This document shows, piece after piece, positions 14,101 to 26,899 of a DNA stretch of 64,000 nt. Numbering within the stretch: position 1 is the first letter of the stretch; each line of letters begins with the position of its first letter. The notes under the pieces are model-generated. The model saw nothing but the letters and a program-made list of their open reading frames with translations. It had not been told where the DNA came from and did not search any database. The DNA comes from Camelus ferus. Its lineage: Eukaryota. The stretch is taken from positions 45,758,001 through 45,822,000 of the forward strand of contig NC_045696.1 of assembly GCF_009834535.1 (NCBI RefSeq), in the 5' to 3' direction. Both the position numbers and the translations under genes were made by a program.

Positions 14101-15935
14101 TAAGTTCCTTTAACCAGTCTTTAAGGGAAAAATCTAGTAACAGATCTTTAATTTTCTTTCATCTAACAATGTTTTTATTTCCCCCTTATTCATAAAGCAT
14201 AGGTCTGATTGATATAGAGTTTGTTGTTGACAGTTCTTTCCTCTTAGCATTTAAAAATATTTTGCCACTTCCTTCTGGTCTCCATGGTTTCAGAAAAGAA
14301 ATCTGCTGCTAATTGATTTAGGATTTTCTATAGGTAATGTCATTTCTCCCTGGTTCCTTTTGTTTTTTTTTTTTTAATTGATCTTCAGTTTTAAAATTTT
14401 AATCATGATATTTCTTGGCATGTACTTCCTCAAGTTTATCTGTTTAGGGTTCTCTCAGCTTCTTATATCTGTAGGTTTATGTATTTCACCAAATTTGGGG
14501 AGTTTTAGACATTATTTCTTCAAATACTCTTCCAGTCCCATTTTTTTCTCTCCTCTTTCTGGGACTCTGACAATATGAATATTGGATCATTTGCTATCAT
14601 ACCACAGCATCCTGCTTCTGTCCTTTATTTTCAGTCTATTTCTCTGTGTTGTTTAGATTTGATGAGTTCTACTATTCTGTCTTCAAATTCACTAATTTAC
14701 CCTCTGTTATCTCCATTATACTATTAAACTCATCCACTGAGTTTTTAATTTCTCTTGCTGTATTTCTGTTACAGTTTCATTTGAGTCCTTTTTATAATTT
14801 ATATTTCTTTGGTAATATTTTCTTTCTTTCTTTCTTTTCTTTCTTTTTTTTGCTTCAGGTGAATTTGTAATTGCTTGTTGAAGCATTTTTATAAAGTTGC
14901 TTACAATACTTATAATACTTGTCAAGTAGTGCCAACATCTCATTCATCTTAACGTTGGCTTCAGTTGATTATCTTTCCTCTTTGAAGTTGTGATTTTCTT
15001 GGCTCTTGGTATGATGAAACAATTTTTATTGTATCATGAACACTCTATCATGTAGCAGACTCTGCATTCTATTTAAGTCTTTTATTTTAGCAGGTAGTCA
15101 CCCTGTTTAGTCTTGGCTTCTGCATCTTGGTTCAATTTTATAAGCTCTGGTTCTAAAAGCAGTTTAATTTTCAGGACCTTTATGGTATTATTTGGTTTGT
15201 TCTATTTATTTAGCTTGTCTGGGGCTCCCACTGTCCCTGCTCCTGGTGTCTAGGATTTCTGGCTGTCTCCGCATGAGAGGGGTCTGGTGGGACCCTCCTA
15301 CCTATGCCTGTCTACTTTAATATCTTGCACTAGTAAGGACAAAGAGGCTTCCTACACCATGTCACTTGCCATGACTGGGTCTCTTTTTTCTGGTTTTATC
15401 TACCTACCCTGATGTCTCTGGGTCAGGGAGGAGAGTATCATCCAAAGGGAGAAAGGTGCTTCCCAGACCAGACCACCTGCTGTAGCTGGGTCCCTGTTGC
15501 TGGTTCTGCCCAACAATTTCAGTATCTTTTGGTGGAAAGATAAGTAGTCAGGGCTGGCAGGGAAGGAGAATGTCTCCCCTGCCTTGATTTTCTGACAGGA
15601 GTCCCAGTTGATTCACCTTTCTAGTGGTGTTAAACTCCCCTTGTGTCATCAGAGGGACTCCCGTTGGATCTGGAGACAAATAAGCCTACTTAGGCTGCCT
15701 TCACATGCTATATGGAGGTGTAGAAATGCCAAGTCTGAGTGCGCTCCTCTTTTGGGTGGGAGGATGTAAGATGTTCTGCTGCTGTACTATTCCTCTGGTC
15801 CTGGGGTCTCCAAGAAAACTCATCTTTTTAGCACCTTTTAGAGTTATCCTTTGATTGTTTCCTGTGCTTTATACTTGTGCTTAACAGGAATAGTATGGGA
15901 AAATGAGTTTATACCATTTTGTCCCAACTGGAAGG
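11120..15935 (-). mobile_element. Old L1M element: 5' UTR, ORF1 and ORF2 EN/RT, 3'-truncated and degenerate
   Basis: Antisense ORF2 motifs (ORF track MIVYIENSEES..., NPLINISYELRHKNLPQKLADRIQQYIK); GC-richer 5' UTR ~15000-15935 ending ...aactggaagg. Confidence 0.9.
12317..12389 (-). mobile_element. 73 bp extremely 5'-truncated young L1 3' tail nested in the old L1
   Basis: T-rich tail plus ttcaagtatactcagtttacaatgttgcatcaatttctgatgta; flanked by ccttattatc(c/t)tctta at 12301-12316 and 12390-12405. Confidence 0.8.
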
Positions 15936-16249
15936 AATGACACAATTATATTTTGAAAAATTCATCCACAGTGTGATGTAGGCAAAGGCTGGATATAGCC
16001 GTGAATGAGATTATCTATCTGCTTTCTTAGGGAGGAACTAGGACCAGACAGCTAGCAGGAATCTTCCCAATTCATATGCTCTCTGCTCAATAGAAGGCTG
16101 CCTTATAGCTAAGCTCCCCAAAGGAGTGGAATATTAAGAACACTGCTCACAGCATATCCTCCTTACTTCCACCCCCTTCAGGATAAGCAATGAAAAAATG
16201 GAAATCTACTTCCAGTCAACAACACAGGTGGGGAATTATTTTTAAACCA

Positions 16250-16886
16250 TTTTTTTTCTCCTTAATATGACATCATTGACTCAATACATGGATCAAAATG
16301 AGTCATTATAATAAATGTTAATTCAGATTTACTTATTATTCAGCCACTTATAGTTTTTAACCTTATCTCCCCAAAGATACAGTTTTTGCTATTGTTTGTA
16401 CCTGGACTTCTGCTCAAACAGGGAATAAAGCAATGGATCTAATACTACCTCTGATGAATGGACAACATTTATTTTGATTGAGACCAATATGTAAGATTGC
16501 AACAAGCAGCTCCAAGTTGTACATATACATATTCTTGAAACAGTGAGGGATGCCTCCTTACCCTCATCGACTATGCTTGCAAGATAAGCAAATGTGGTCA
16601 AATGAATATGCAAGTATGTGGTCTCTTGGGTTGCTAGTGCATGAATCAGAGTCAGATGCCCAACCAAATAATTCTGATGACAATAGCAGAGAAATTGGTT
16701 TTCTGGGACCAGGAAGAAAAATGTTGTATTCATAGGGTCTCTAATTATACAGAAAGGCAGCTGTGTTATTGTACTGGGGCATGCGGTTGTATATGCTTTC
16801 TTTAGGAATCCAAGAAAAGAAAGATGACTTCTAGGACTTCTTTTTAAAAAGCAAGTCGTAGGGACAGACCCTACAGGGCTCAACAT
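16250..16886 (-). mobile_element. Ancient non-LTR (L2/CR1-like) reverse-transcriptase fossil containing a 165-codon ORF (16389-16886)
   Basis: One frame gives RSPRSHLSFLGFLKKAY (cf. YRPISLLSFLGKLLEK), ENQF, FAYLASIVD (cf. FLDLSAAFDTVD), TTWSCLLQSY, INVVHSSEVVLDPLLYSLF (cf. LNVGVPQGSVLGPLLFSLY); after the TAG, in frame, LWGDKVKNYK (cf. LFADDVKIYK). Confidence 0.7.
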
Positions 16887-16930
16887 CTATTCATCCCTAT
16901 GCCCCACATCATCAACATTGTCTCCATCTG

Positions 16931-17576
16931 TGTCTTAGTCAGCTCTGGCTGCCATAACAAAATATTATAAGACAGGGCGGCTCAAACAATAGACACTTAT
17001 TTTCTCACTGTTCTGGAGGCTGGAAGTGTACACTCAGAGTGCCAGCATGACTGATTTCTGGTGAAGACTCTCTTCCTGTCTTGTATACAGCTACATTCTC
17101 ACTCTGTCTTCACGTAGCAGAGAAAGATGGAGAGCAAGCTGTTATCTCTGTGTCTCTTCTTATAAGGACATCTATACCATACTATGAAGAAGGGCCCACC
17201 CTCATGGCCTCCTCTAAACCTAATCACAGTCAGCCCTTCAAATTCAGTTTCCACATCTGCAGATTCATCCAACCTCAAATCAAAAATATTTTTTAAAAAA
17301 ATTCCAGAAAGTTCCAAAAAGCAAAACTTGAATTTGCACCAGCAACTATTTACATAGCACTGACATTGTATTAGGTATTATAAGTAATCTAGTCATTTTA
17401 TATAAATGACTTGAGCATCCTTCAATTTTGGTATCTACAAGGGGTCCTAAAACCAATCTCCCATGGATACCAAGGTACAACTGTATCTCTCACAGTCCCA
17501 ATTCCAAATGCCATCACATTGGAGGTTAGTTCTTCAATGTATGAATTTTCAGGGGGACACAATTCAGTCCATAGCA
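16931..17576 (-). mobile_element. MaLR solo LTR, MLT1A/MLT1A0-like, interrupted by a Tigger-family element
   Basis: Termini tgtcttagtc...cagtccatagca; perfect 5 bp TSD ATCTG at 16926-16930 and 17577-17581. Confidence 0.9.
17227..17483 (+). mobile_element. TcMar-Tigger non-autonomous element (MER2B/Tigger3-like)
   Basis: Terminal inverted repeats cagtcagccct.../...ggtacaactg followed by TA; ttccagaaagttccaaaaagcaaaacttgaatttg. Confidence 0.85.
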
Positions 17577-18200
17577 ATCTGCAAACCTGTGGGTGACTCC
17601 ATGAGACATTACAGCAACTGTCATGCCTACTAAATATCCTGAATCATTAACACTAAGTTAGAGTTGCCAGTCCTACATTTAAGGGTCAGTAAATTATAGT
17701 TTATATGTAAGGTTATAGGAAAACGCTATACACTAAAAAAGTACAGATAAAATATTTGCAATATAAAAAGGCAACTTTTACTATCCAATAAACTCAAAGG
17801 GTATGTTTTAGTAATGTCAGTACATAATAAAGCAATTTTTTATTTCCCTTTCAACTAGTTTATTTCTCTTTGCCTATAAGCATGATCCAATATACCCTTT
17901 CCAAATCAAACCCTCTCCAAACCCTGCTTTCACCTTAAATTATTGATTTCTCCATTACTAGGGCTTCTATCTGCAGGAATGGTCTTCTTTCCACCTTCCT
18001 CCCATATATCCCTGTAATAGGAAAACCTGATTCCAAAGTTGTAAAACTCATCTTTTCAGACTTTCATGCATGCATCATTGATCTTTTCTATGTGAATTTG
18101 CTGACAGGTGGGAGCCAATCCAGACCTAAGCTGCCAAATCCCTAGAAACATAAGCAGAGAGATGATTACATTTTCTCCCCTTTACTCTCTAATAACCTAC

Positions 18201-18237
18201 AGACACACAGACACAGACACACAGACACACACACAGA

Positions 18238-18277
<40 letters not shown>
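18201..18277. repeat. Compound (CAGA/CA)n microsatellite
   Basis: agacacacagacacagacacac... followed by a long pure (CA)n run. Confidence 0.95.
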
Positions 18278-18280
<3 letters not shown>

Positions 18281-18944
18281 ACACATCTCTAGCCTAATTA
18301 TCATTATGAGCAAACATGGTCAGATTGCCCCTAACATGTTCTGAACCTAGGCAAGAGTATAAATAGATGTCCTTCTTGGATGTAGGAAAAAATACACGTG
18401 TCTACCTAGGAAGATGGATACAGGGAAAAAGTCCATGTAGGCACTGGAATGTGAGCTGATGAATTTTGAGGTTCCCAGAGCATGGTTTAGAATTGGGGGA
18501 GGGAGGCATGGGTTTGAGATGGGAAACATACCCTTAGACCCAGAAAAATCTTCATACTGAAATGAAGGGCATAGTCAGGGAAGAATAAGAGTGGGGCCTT
18601 CCAAATCATGGAAACTAGTCTAGGGGCCTATGTGCCTGGGTTAATGTTGGCACTAGCCATGGTTGTCTCTTATTTTCTCTACTTTCTCAACCTAATCCAT
18701 TAAATGTGTACACAATATTAACTTTGTTATATGATATCACCATCCTTCCTGAAATTTAAGGAATGGTCATGTAGTTTTCTTAATCTCCCTTCATTGTACC
18801 TTTGATCTCCTTATACCAACGACATCCTCATTCCCTGTCTGAAGCAGCCAACAGCTTGACGTGAAAATGAAAGGGTCTCATGAAACACCGGAAAATGAAG
18901 TGCAGAAAAAGACCTGTGATACTATAAAGCTATTAAGGAAAATA

Positions 18945-19232
18945 AGAATAGGCCTATAACTAGTAAATAAATTGAACCTATAGTTAATAACCTTCCAAAA
19001 TAGAAAGAGTATCAGGCTCAGATGGGTTCATTGGTGAAATCTACCAAACATTTAAGGAAGAAATTATACCAATTCTCTGTAACCTCTTTCAGAAGATAGA
19101 AGCAGATGGAATACTTAACTCATTCTATGAGTTTAACAATTCTATGGTAAACATTGCCTTAATACCAAAACCAGACAAAGACAGTACAATAAAATAAAAG
19201 TACAGACCAATATATCTCAAAAAAATAGATGC
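18945..19232 (+). mobile_element. Old L1 ORF2 fragment (left part of a chimera)
   Basis: gatgggttcattggtgaaatctaccaaacatttaaggaagaaattatacc...ataccaaaaccagacaaagac. Confidence 0.85.
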
Positions 19233-22200
19233 TGGCCCACAAAGCAAGCCTCAGTACATTTTTAAAAACTGAAATCATATCAAGCATCTTTTCCAACCAC
19301 AACACTATGAGATTAGAAATCAACAAGAAAAAAACTGCAAAAAACACAAAAACATGGAGGCTAAATAATATGCTACAAAACAATCAATGGATCACTGAAG
19401 AAATCAAAGAGGAAATCAAAAAATACTTAAAGACAAATGGAAATAAAAACATGACTATCTAAAAACCTCTTGGGTACAGCAAAAAGCAGTTCCAAGAGGG
19501 AAGTTTATAGCAATATAAGCTTACCTCAGAAAATAAGAAAAATCTCAAGTAAACAACTTAGCCTTACACCTAAAGCAACTAGAGAAAGAAGAACAAATGA
19601 AACCCAAAGTTAGTAGGAGGAAAGAAATTATAAAGATTAGAGCAGAAATAAACGAAATAGAGACTAAAAAACAATAGAAAACGTCAATTAAACAAAAGCT
19701 GGTTATATGAAAAGATAAACTAAATCAATAAAACTTTAGCCAGACTCATCAAGAAAAAAAGGGAGAGGGCCCAAATAAATAAAATCAGAAATGAAAAAGA
19801 AGTTACAACCACCACCACAGAAATACAAAGGATCATAAGAGGTTACTATGAGCAACTAACTATACACCAACAAACTGGACAACCTAGAAGAAATGGACAA
19901 TATCTTAGAAAGGTAAAATTTGCCAAAACTGAACCAGGAAGAAATAGAAAATATAAAAAGACCAATTACCAGGACTGAAATTGAATCAGTAATTTAAAAA
20001 CTCCCAACAAACAGAAGTCCAGGACCAGACGGCTTCACAGGTGAATTCTACCAAACACTTAGCGAAGGGTTAACACCTATCCTTCTGAAACTATTCCAAA
20101 ACATTGCAAAGGAACATTTCCAAATTCATTCTATGAGGACACTATCACACTGATACCAAGACCAGACAAAGATATCACAAAACAAGAAAATTACAGGCCA
20201 ATATCACCTATGAATATAGATCCAAAATTCCCAACAAAATACTAGCAAATCAACTCGAACAATATATTAAAAGAATCATACACCATGATCAAGTGGGATT
20301 TATCCCAGGGCTGCAAGGATTTTTCAATATCTGCAAATTAATCAATGTGATATATGACATTAACAAACTGAAGAATAAAAACCATATGATCATCTCAATA
20401 GACACAGAAAAAGGTTTTAATAAAATTCAATACCCACTTATGATAAAAACTCTCCACAAAGTGGGCATGGAGGGAACGTACTGCAATATAATAAAGGTCA
20501 TATATGAGGAAACCCACAGCTAGCATGATACTCAATAATGAAAAGCTGAAAGTATTTCTTCTAAAATCGGGAACAAGAAAAGACACCCACTCTCACAACT
20601 TGTATTCAACATAGATTTGGAAGTCCTAGCCACAGCAATCAGAGAAGAAAAAGAAATAAAAGGAATCCAAATTGGAAAAAAAGAAGTAAAACTGTCACTG
20701 TTTGCAGATGACATGATATATACATAGAAAATCTGTTTGCAGATGACATGATATATACATAGAAAATCCTAAAGATGCTACCAGGAAACTACTAGAGCTC
20801 ATCAGTGAATTCAGTAAAGTGGTAGGATACAAAATCAACATACAGAAATCTGTTGCATTTCTATACCCTAATGATGAAATATAAGAAAAAGAAATTAAGG
20901 AAACAATCCCATTTACCATCACATCAAAAAGAATAAAATACCTAGGAATAAACCTACCTAAGGAGACAAAGGGTCTTTACTCCAAAAACTATAAGACCCA
21001 ATGGAAAAAAACTGAAGATGACATAAACAGACGGAAAAATATACTGTGTTCTTGGATTGGAAGAAACAATATTGTTAAAATGGCCCTACTATCCAAAGCA
21101 ATATAGAGATTCAATGCAATCCCTATCAAATTACCAATGACAATTTTCACAGAACTGGAACAAAAAAATTTAAAATTTGTATGAAAACACAAAAGACCCC
21201 AAATAGCCAAAATAATCTTGGGAAAGAAGAATGGAGCTGGGGGAATCACACTCCCTGACTTCAGACTATACTACAAAGATACCATAATCAAAACAATATG
21301 CTACTGGCACAAAAACAGACACATAGATCAATGGAACAAGATAGAAAGGTCAGAAATAAGCCCACACACTTTTGGTCAATTAATCTATGACAAAGGAGGC
21401 AAGAATATACAATAGAGAAAAGACAATCTCTTTACTGAGTGGTGCTGGGAAAATTGGATGGCTACTTGTAACAGAAAGAAATTAGAACTTTCTCTAACAC
21501 TATATACAAAAATAAACCCAAAATGGATTAAAGCCCAAAATGTAAGACCAGATACTACAAAACTCCTAAGGAAAATATAAGCAGTACACTCATTGATATA
21601 AGTCGTAACAGTATTTTTTTTGAGCCAGCTTAGAGTAACAGAAATAAAAGCAAAAATAAACAAATGGGACCCAGTTAAACTTAGAAGCTTTTGCACAGCA
21701 AAGGAAACCACAAACAAAATGAAAACGCAACCTATAGAATGGGAGAAAATATTTGCAAATGACGTGACCAACAAGGGACTAATTTCCAAAATACGCAAAC
21801 AGCTCATACAGCTTAATATCAACAAAACAAGCAACCCAATCAAAAAATGGGCAGAAGACCTAAATAGACATTTCTCCAAATAAGACACCCAGACAGCCAA
21901 CAGGGGCATGAAAAGATGTTCAATATTGCTAATTATTAGAGAAATGCAAATCAAAACTGCAATGAGGTACCACCTCATACCAGTCAGAATGGCCATTATT
22001 AAGTCCACAAACGATAAATGCTGGAGAGAGTGTGGAGAAAAAGGAATCCTCCTACACTCTTGGTGGGAATGTAAATTGATGCAGCCACTATGGAGGACAG
22101 TATGAAGGGTCTTTAAAAAACTAAAAATAGACTCACCATATGATCCAGCAGTCCCACTTCTGGGCACATATCTCGAGAAAACTATAATTTGAAGAGACAC

Positions 22201-22812
22201 ACGCACCCCAATGATCATAGCAGCAGTATTTACAATAGCCAAGACATGGAAACAGCCTAAGCGTCCATCAACAGATGTCTGGATAAAGGTGTGGTGTATA
22301 TGTATGTGTATATACACATACATATACACAGAAAAATATTACTTGGCCATAAAAAGAATGAAATATTGCCATTTGCAGCAACATGGATAGGCCTAGAGAT
22401 TATCATATTAAGTGAAGTAAGTCAGATAAAGACAAATATCATATGATATCCCTTATATGTGGAATCTAAAAATGGATACAGATTTTATTTACAAAGCTGA
22501 AACTGACTCATGGACACAGAAAACAAACTGTGGCTACTACAGGGAAAGGGGAAGGAGGAATAGATTAGGAGTTTGGGATTAACAGATACACATTACTATA
22601 TATAAAACAGATGAACAACAAGGACCTATTGTATAGCACTAGGAACTATATTCAATTTCTTATAATGAGCCATAATATAGGATATATATATGTATGTATA
22701 TATGTGTGTGTATGTGTATATATATAACTGAATTGCTTTCTGTACACCTGAAACTAACACTGTAAGTCAACTATAGTTCAATTTAAAAAATTAAATTAAA
22801 AAATTAAAGAAA
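19229..22812 (+). mobile_element. Younger cetartiodactyl-type L1, 5'-truncated in the EN domain; disrupted ORF2 plus 3' UTR and A-rich tail
   Basis: ORF track pieces match L1 ORF2 ([67 protein letters not shown]); many stops and frameshifts. Confidence 0.97.
20698..20767 (+). repeat. Perfect 35 bp tandem duplication over the L1 RT FADD motif
   Basis: ctgtttgcagatgacatgatatatacatagaaaat x2. Confidence 0.97.
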
Positions 22813-22819
22813 GAAACAC

Positions 22820-22912
22820 AATTATGGACATCAACAAACTGACTCTATAGTTTATGTGAAGAGGCAAAAAACTATGAATAGCCAACACAGTACTGATGGA
22901 GACAAACAAAGA
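22820..22912 (+). mobile_element. Old L1 ORF2 fragment (right part of the chimera)
   Basis: tggacatcaacaaactgactctatagtttatgtgaagaggcaaaaaactatgaatagccaacacag. Confidence 0.75.
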
Positions 22913-25319
22913 GTTTTGCATGGTTTAGTTAATGCAACAAAGGGAAAGGCAAGTTCAATGCTACCCCGTGTTACTCCATTTGGTATGGAAGTTCCTCATC
23001 ACTGATGTGATAAGAGGAAACTGTAATAGAACTTGATTTGTGGATTATAGGTTAACTTGGAAGTCTATCAATTTACAGTGCTATCTGTTAATATATCAAT
23101 TCTCAATACTAATCTTATTTATAAAAGACACACTTCTTTATCCACCCAGGTAGAGAAACAGCTGAAAACTTAATTTGAAACCAAAGCTTGGCATAATACT
23201 GGAAGAGAGTGAAAACTGAAACTAATGACTTCATTTTTACCCTCTTTCACGAAAGAAAAACTACTTTCTCAGACAAATGAGACAGGAAAGTGAGAAATCA
23301 TGACTTGTTGCTTAATGCTTCTCAGGGGTGTTATTCTAAATTCTACAGACCTGTCTCTGCAGAAGGAATGCAGAAACTCTTGAGTTTTCAATCAAATCCT
23401 CTGTAGCAATTCAAATGAAGTCCCACTGAGTCCTTAGTCCAAGCCAAGATTTTGAATTTGGATCTGAAAGTAGCTCTAAAATATTCTTTATGTTAACTAT
23501 TTTCTTTGCAAAAAAGAGCCAATGGTGGGGCTCCTAATGCAGCAGATGTTTGCTAGAAGATATGAATATGTTATGAGTAAACCAATTTGTTTTGTTATAA
23601 AAACTGAACTTAAGGTGTGTTTTCTATATTCTTAAAGAATATTAATCAATAGAATTCATCTTACTAAAAATTTGATTTAATATAGAAATTCTATTTGTAT
23701 TTATAACCATGAAGTGATTAAAACAATGAAAAATAAAAGAAGACTATAAGCTGTATATCATGAGGCTACAAATAGACCACAGCATGAAAAAAGTTTAATA
23801 GAATATTAAAAGGAGATTGGACGGAGATTTGGAAATTTCTTCATCCAGCACTCAAGGGTCTACACGTCTTCTTACTCAGCAGCAACGGTTTCATAGCATA
23901 TGGGACCCTTGTTTTCCCCATCACAAAGTAAGTTCATACACAATTCAGTATGTTTGTCAAAGTTGTTCCTATTTGAGTTTCCACTGTTCATATGTCTATA
24001 GTCTACCCTGGAATGAATTGATTGAAATGTATTAATATTAACAGGTAAGTTATTTAAAATTTTTATTATAAAATTTTCTGATTAATTAACTTTTTGAAAA
24101 ATTAATTTTTAGTTCTGTAACCAGAAAGTTTACTTCTGGACCTGCCTCTTAGTCTTAGGTTCCACTTTGATCTACCATCAACAGAAATCAGAAAAAAGCA
24201 AGGCATGCCTGGCCAGTTGAAGAAGTAAGTCTGCCAGGAGCCTGTTTGCAAGAGGGACTGAAGAAACTATTCCTAAAGAAAAAAGAAATTTTTAGCAGAA
24301 GTTTGATGAATAACAGAGTCCTGATGGCCAGAGTCAATATGACACTAAGTGTTAGTGTTGTTCTTGTCTGACCTCTCTCTAAACTCGTATCTTGGATCTT
24401 GAAAATGGGCTGCGACTGACAGCTGATTCCTCAAAAAATTGAGACATTTGGAATCTTTAAAAGCACAATACACAGAAGGAGAAAAAGCAATCTCTCAACT
24501 GTGCCAGAAAGTTCTGTCCAGTTTTAGCTTTCTGAGGGCATATTTCATTAGCGGTGAGACCAGCAAAAGTGGCACAATGACATTTTTGAGTGGTAGCACC
24601 CAGTGAACATGATGTGACAGATAAAGTACCACCCAGAAGAAGCCCTACCAGAGCCTAGAAAATCAGCCAGCTGTAGACTGGTCCACGAACACATACAAGA
24701 CACTCCCTGGGGTCTCAAGCAATTCTTGAAGGGACTTGTATGGCATTGGGGACCGATATTAGCATGGTAGGCAAGAACTAGGGAAACCAGGTGTACAGAT
24801 TTCCTCATCAAAAAGAAGAGGGTAACATCTGCTGTGCCTAACATAAAAGATTCTTATGAGAATAACATATCATACATGAAGGTAATTTACATAGAAAATC
24901 CCAACAACTACTGTATGAAACACAGCAGTTATACAGCAAATAGTAAAAAAGAAAAGAAGGAAAGGAGGCAAGAGGAAAGAAAGACGTGAAACACAGATAT
25001 TTATTCATATGGTTGTTAGTAAACTTTCAAGACATTAGTCAAATTCCCCATGAAGTTTTCCTAGTGATACTAGTCCACACTGGCCATACTTTATTTAACC
25101 TTTTTCTTAATTGGTGTTGTATCCCTCAATTAGCATCTTAAGTATAACAGTTCTCAACTCTAATCATGTGAACAATAGAATTTACTGTATCTGGGCAAAG
25201 AGTATCTACCTCTCTGTGTCTTGCATTTTAAAGTTTTGATCATTGGCAATGCCCAGTAAAGAGATACAATCAATTCTCAATTCCCTACCCACATAATCAC
25301 TGGATGAAGGTCACGGGAC

Positions 25320-25500
25320 AGACAGCAAAAAGAATACTAAACTTGGAATGAGAACAATCAATTTTCAAATCTCAAGGTTGACAGTAAGTATGTAACTTTG
25401 GCCACACAATTTAACTTCTCTGAGCTATTTGTTATCTAAAAATAATGAACATGTTCTGGGCTGAAATTTTGTGCAGATTAAACAAGATATATACAAAAAT
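25320..25500 (+). mobile_element. MIR SINE, decayed
   Basis: MIR core-like tatgtaactttggccacacaatttaacttctctgagc. Confidence 0.6.
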
Positions 25501-26305
25501 AATGCATTATGTATAATAGATAACATATGTTAGGTAAATTTGAATTTAACAAATTTTAACTAGTACTCTTTTACTAGTAGGCAAGTCAAATATGCCCTAA
25601 AGACAAAGATAATAATATCAGAAAACAGCACATTGCCAACTGAGAATCTACCCTGCAATAATATATTTTAAAACTGGATCTCTGCAAGCACAGTGAAGGC
25701 AGGGCCTGCCTACATGTGGTACATGAATGTCTCATTCGTGAACTGTGTGATGTGTATGAGTTCTGTGTCCTCAAATAAATTATGAGCTTACTATGAGCAG
25801 CAGTCCTGTCTTAGACTTTCAGGTATCATTTGATAAACAGCATAGGACTGGGAGCAGAAGATTTTTCAACACTGTGAATTGATTTGTTGATGGATATGAA
25901 GCAACCATGTAGGAATGGACAAATGGGAACCCACAAGCACTAAACTCTGTAATTAGAAGATACCACGCTTGTGCTTAATTTTCTTGATTACACAGTCATT
26001 TGTTCTTTTTCTCCTTTAACATGAACATAGACCAAACATTTAAACCAGGGTCACTGTGTGATAAAAAAAAATCATCAATGACATATGTCTTTCTAAACGG
26101 AGGGAAAAATAATATAGTCTCATATCTGAGAGTAAAAAAGTTTGAAACAGTTACAATTTGTATATATGCGTTTGTCTATGTAGGTGGATATATATATATA
26201 ATTTTCTATTTTTCTAAATAGCATTGTCTCTTTAAGACTAACACTTGGAAAAATTTAGCTTTTCATTTCCTGCAGGATTAAAGGCCATTTGAAAGGCCAT
26301 TTCTC

Positions 26306-26353
26306 TGAGGGTCAGGATTAGGGTTAGTGTTTGGGTTAGGAAAAGGGTCAGGC
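26306..26353 (+). repeat. Degenerate telomere-like hexamer array
   Basis: In-register TGAGGG TCAGGA TTAGGG TTAGTG TTTGGG TTAGGA AAAGGG TCAGGC. Confidence 0.6.
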
Positions 26354-26899
26354 CAAAATGTGCATTTCCTCTGTCTCTTGTAATGATACTTTATTTCCCA
26401 ATTTACCACATTCTAGCTTCTCTAGTGTTATGTATTTCTCTCAGCAAAATGAATATAATCTCTTCCTATAGTGAAAGATGCCCACACCCCTCTCTAAAAG
26501 AGTCCCTTACTAATCAAAATAAAATGTAAAAAAAAAAAAAAAAAGAAAAGAAAAGGTTTTTTTAAATTGATTTTAGAACTCCTCTTCGGGGTATTTAATT
26601 TGAACATGTCACAACTATATTCCTTTAACTGTTGCTTAACTGTTAAATTCTTGACTCAATAACAATCAGTCCAAAATCTCATCCTGCCTCAGACAGCTTC
26701 TGCTTCCAATCCTCTCCCTACCTAACCAGATACATTTACTTACACTATCGTCCTTAGAGTGCTTTCTGACTAGGGAAGCAGGCCGTCTTCCTGAGCCCTG
26801 TAATCATTGGTTCCTCTGTGTATTTGGGTCCTCTCCAGATGTTCCTTCAAACTGGATCTTTTTCAACTTTCTAAATTTCGTATCTCCTTCAAAATTTAA

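Noticed and set aside
19229..22105. L1 ORF2 pieces as a functional CDS
   Set aside because: The element is 5'-truncated with many stops and frameshifts, including at the catalytic motif
21385..22329. 314-aa minus-strand ORF, the longest in the window
   Set aside because: It is the antisense frame of L1 ORF2; such hydrophobic open frames are a common by-product of L1's A-rich sense strand
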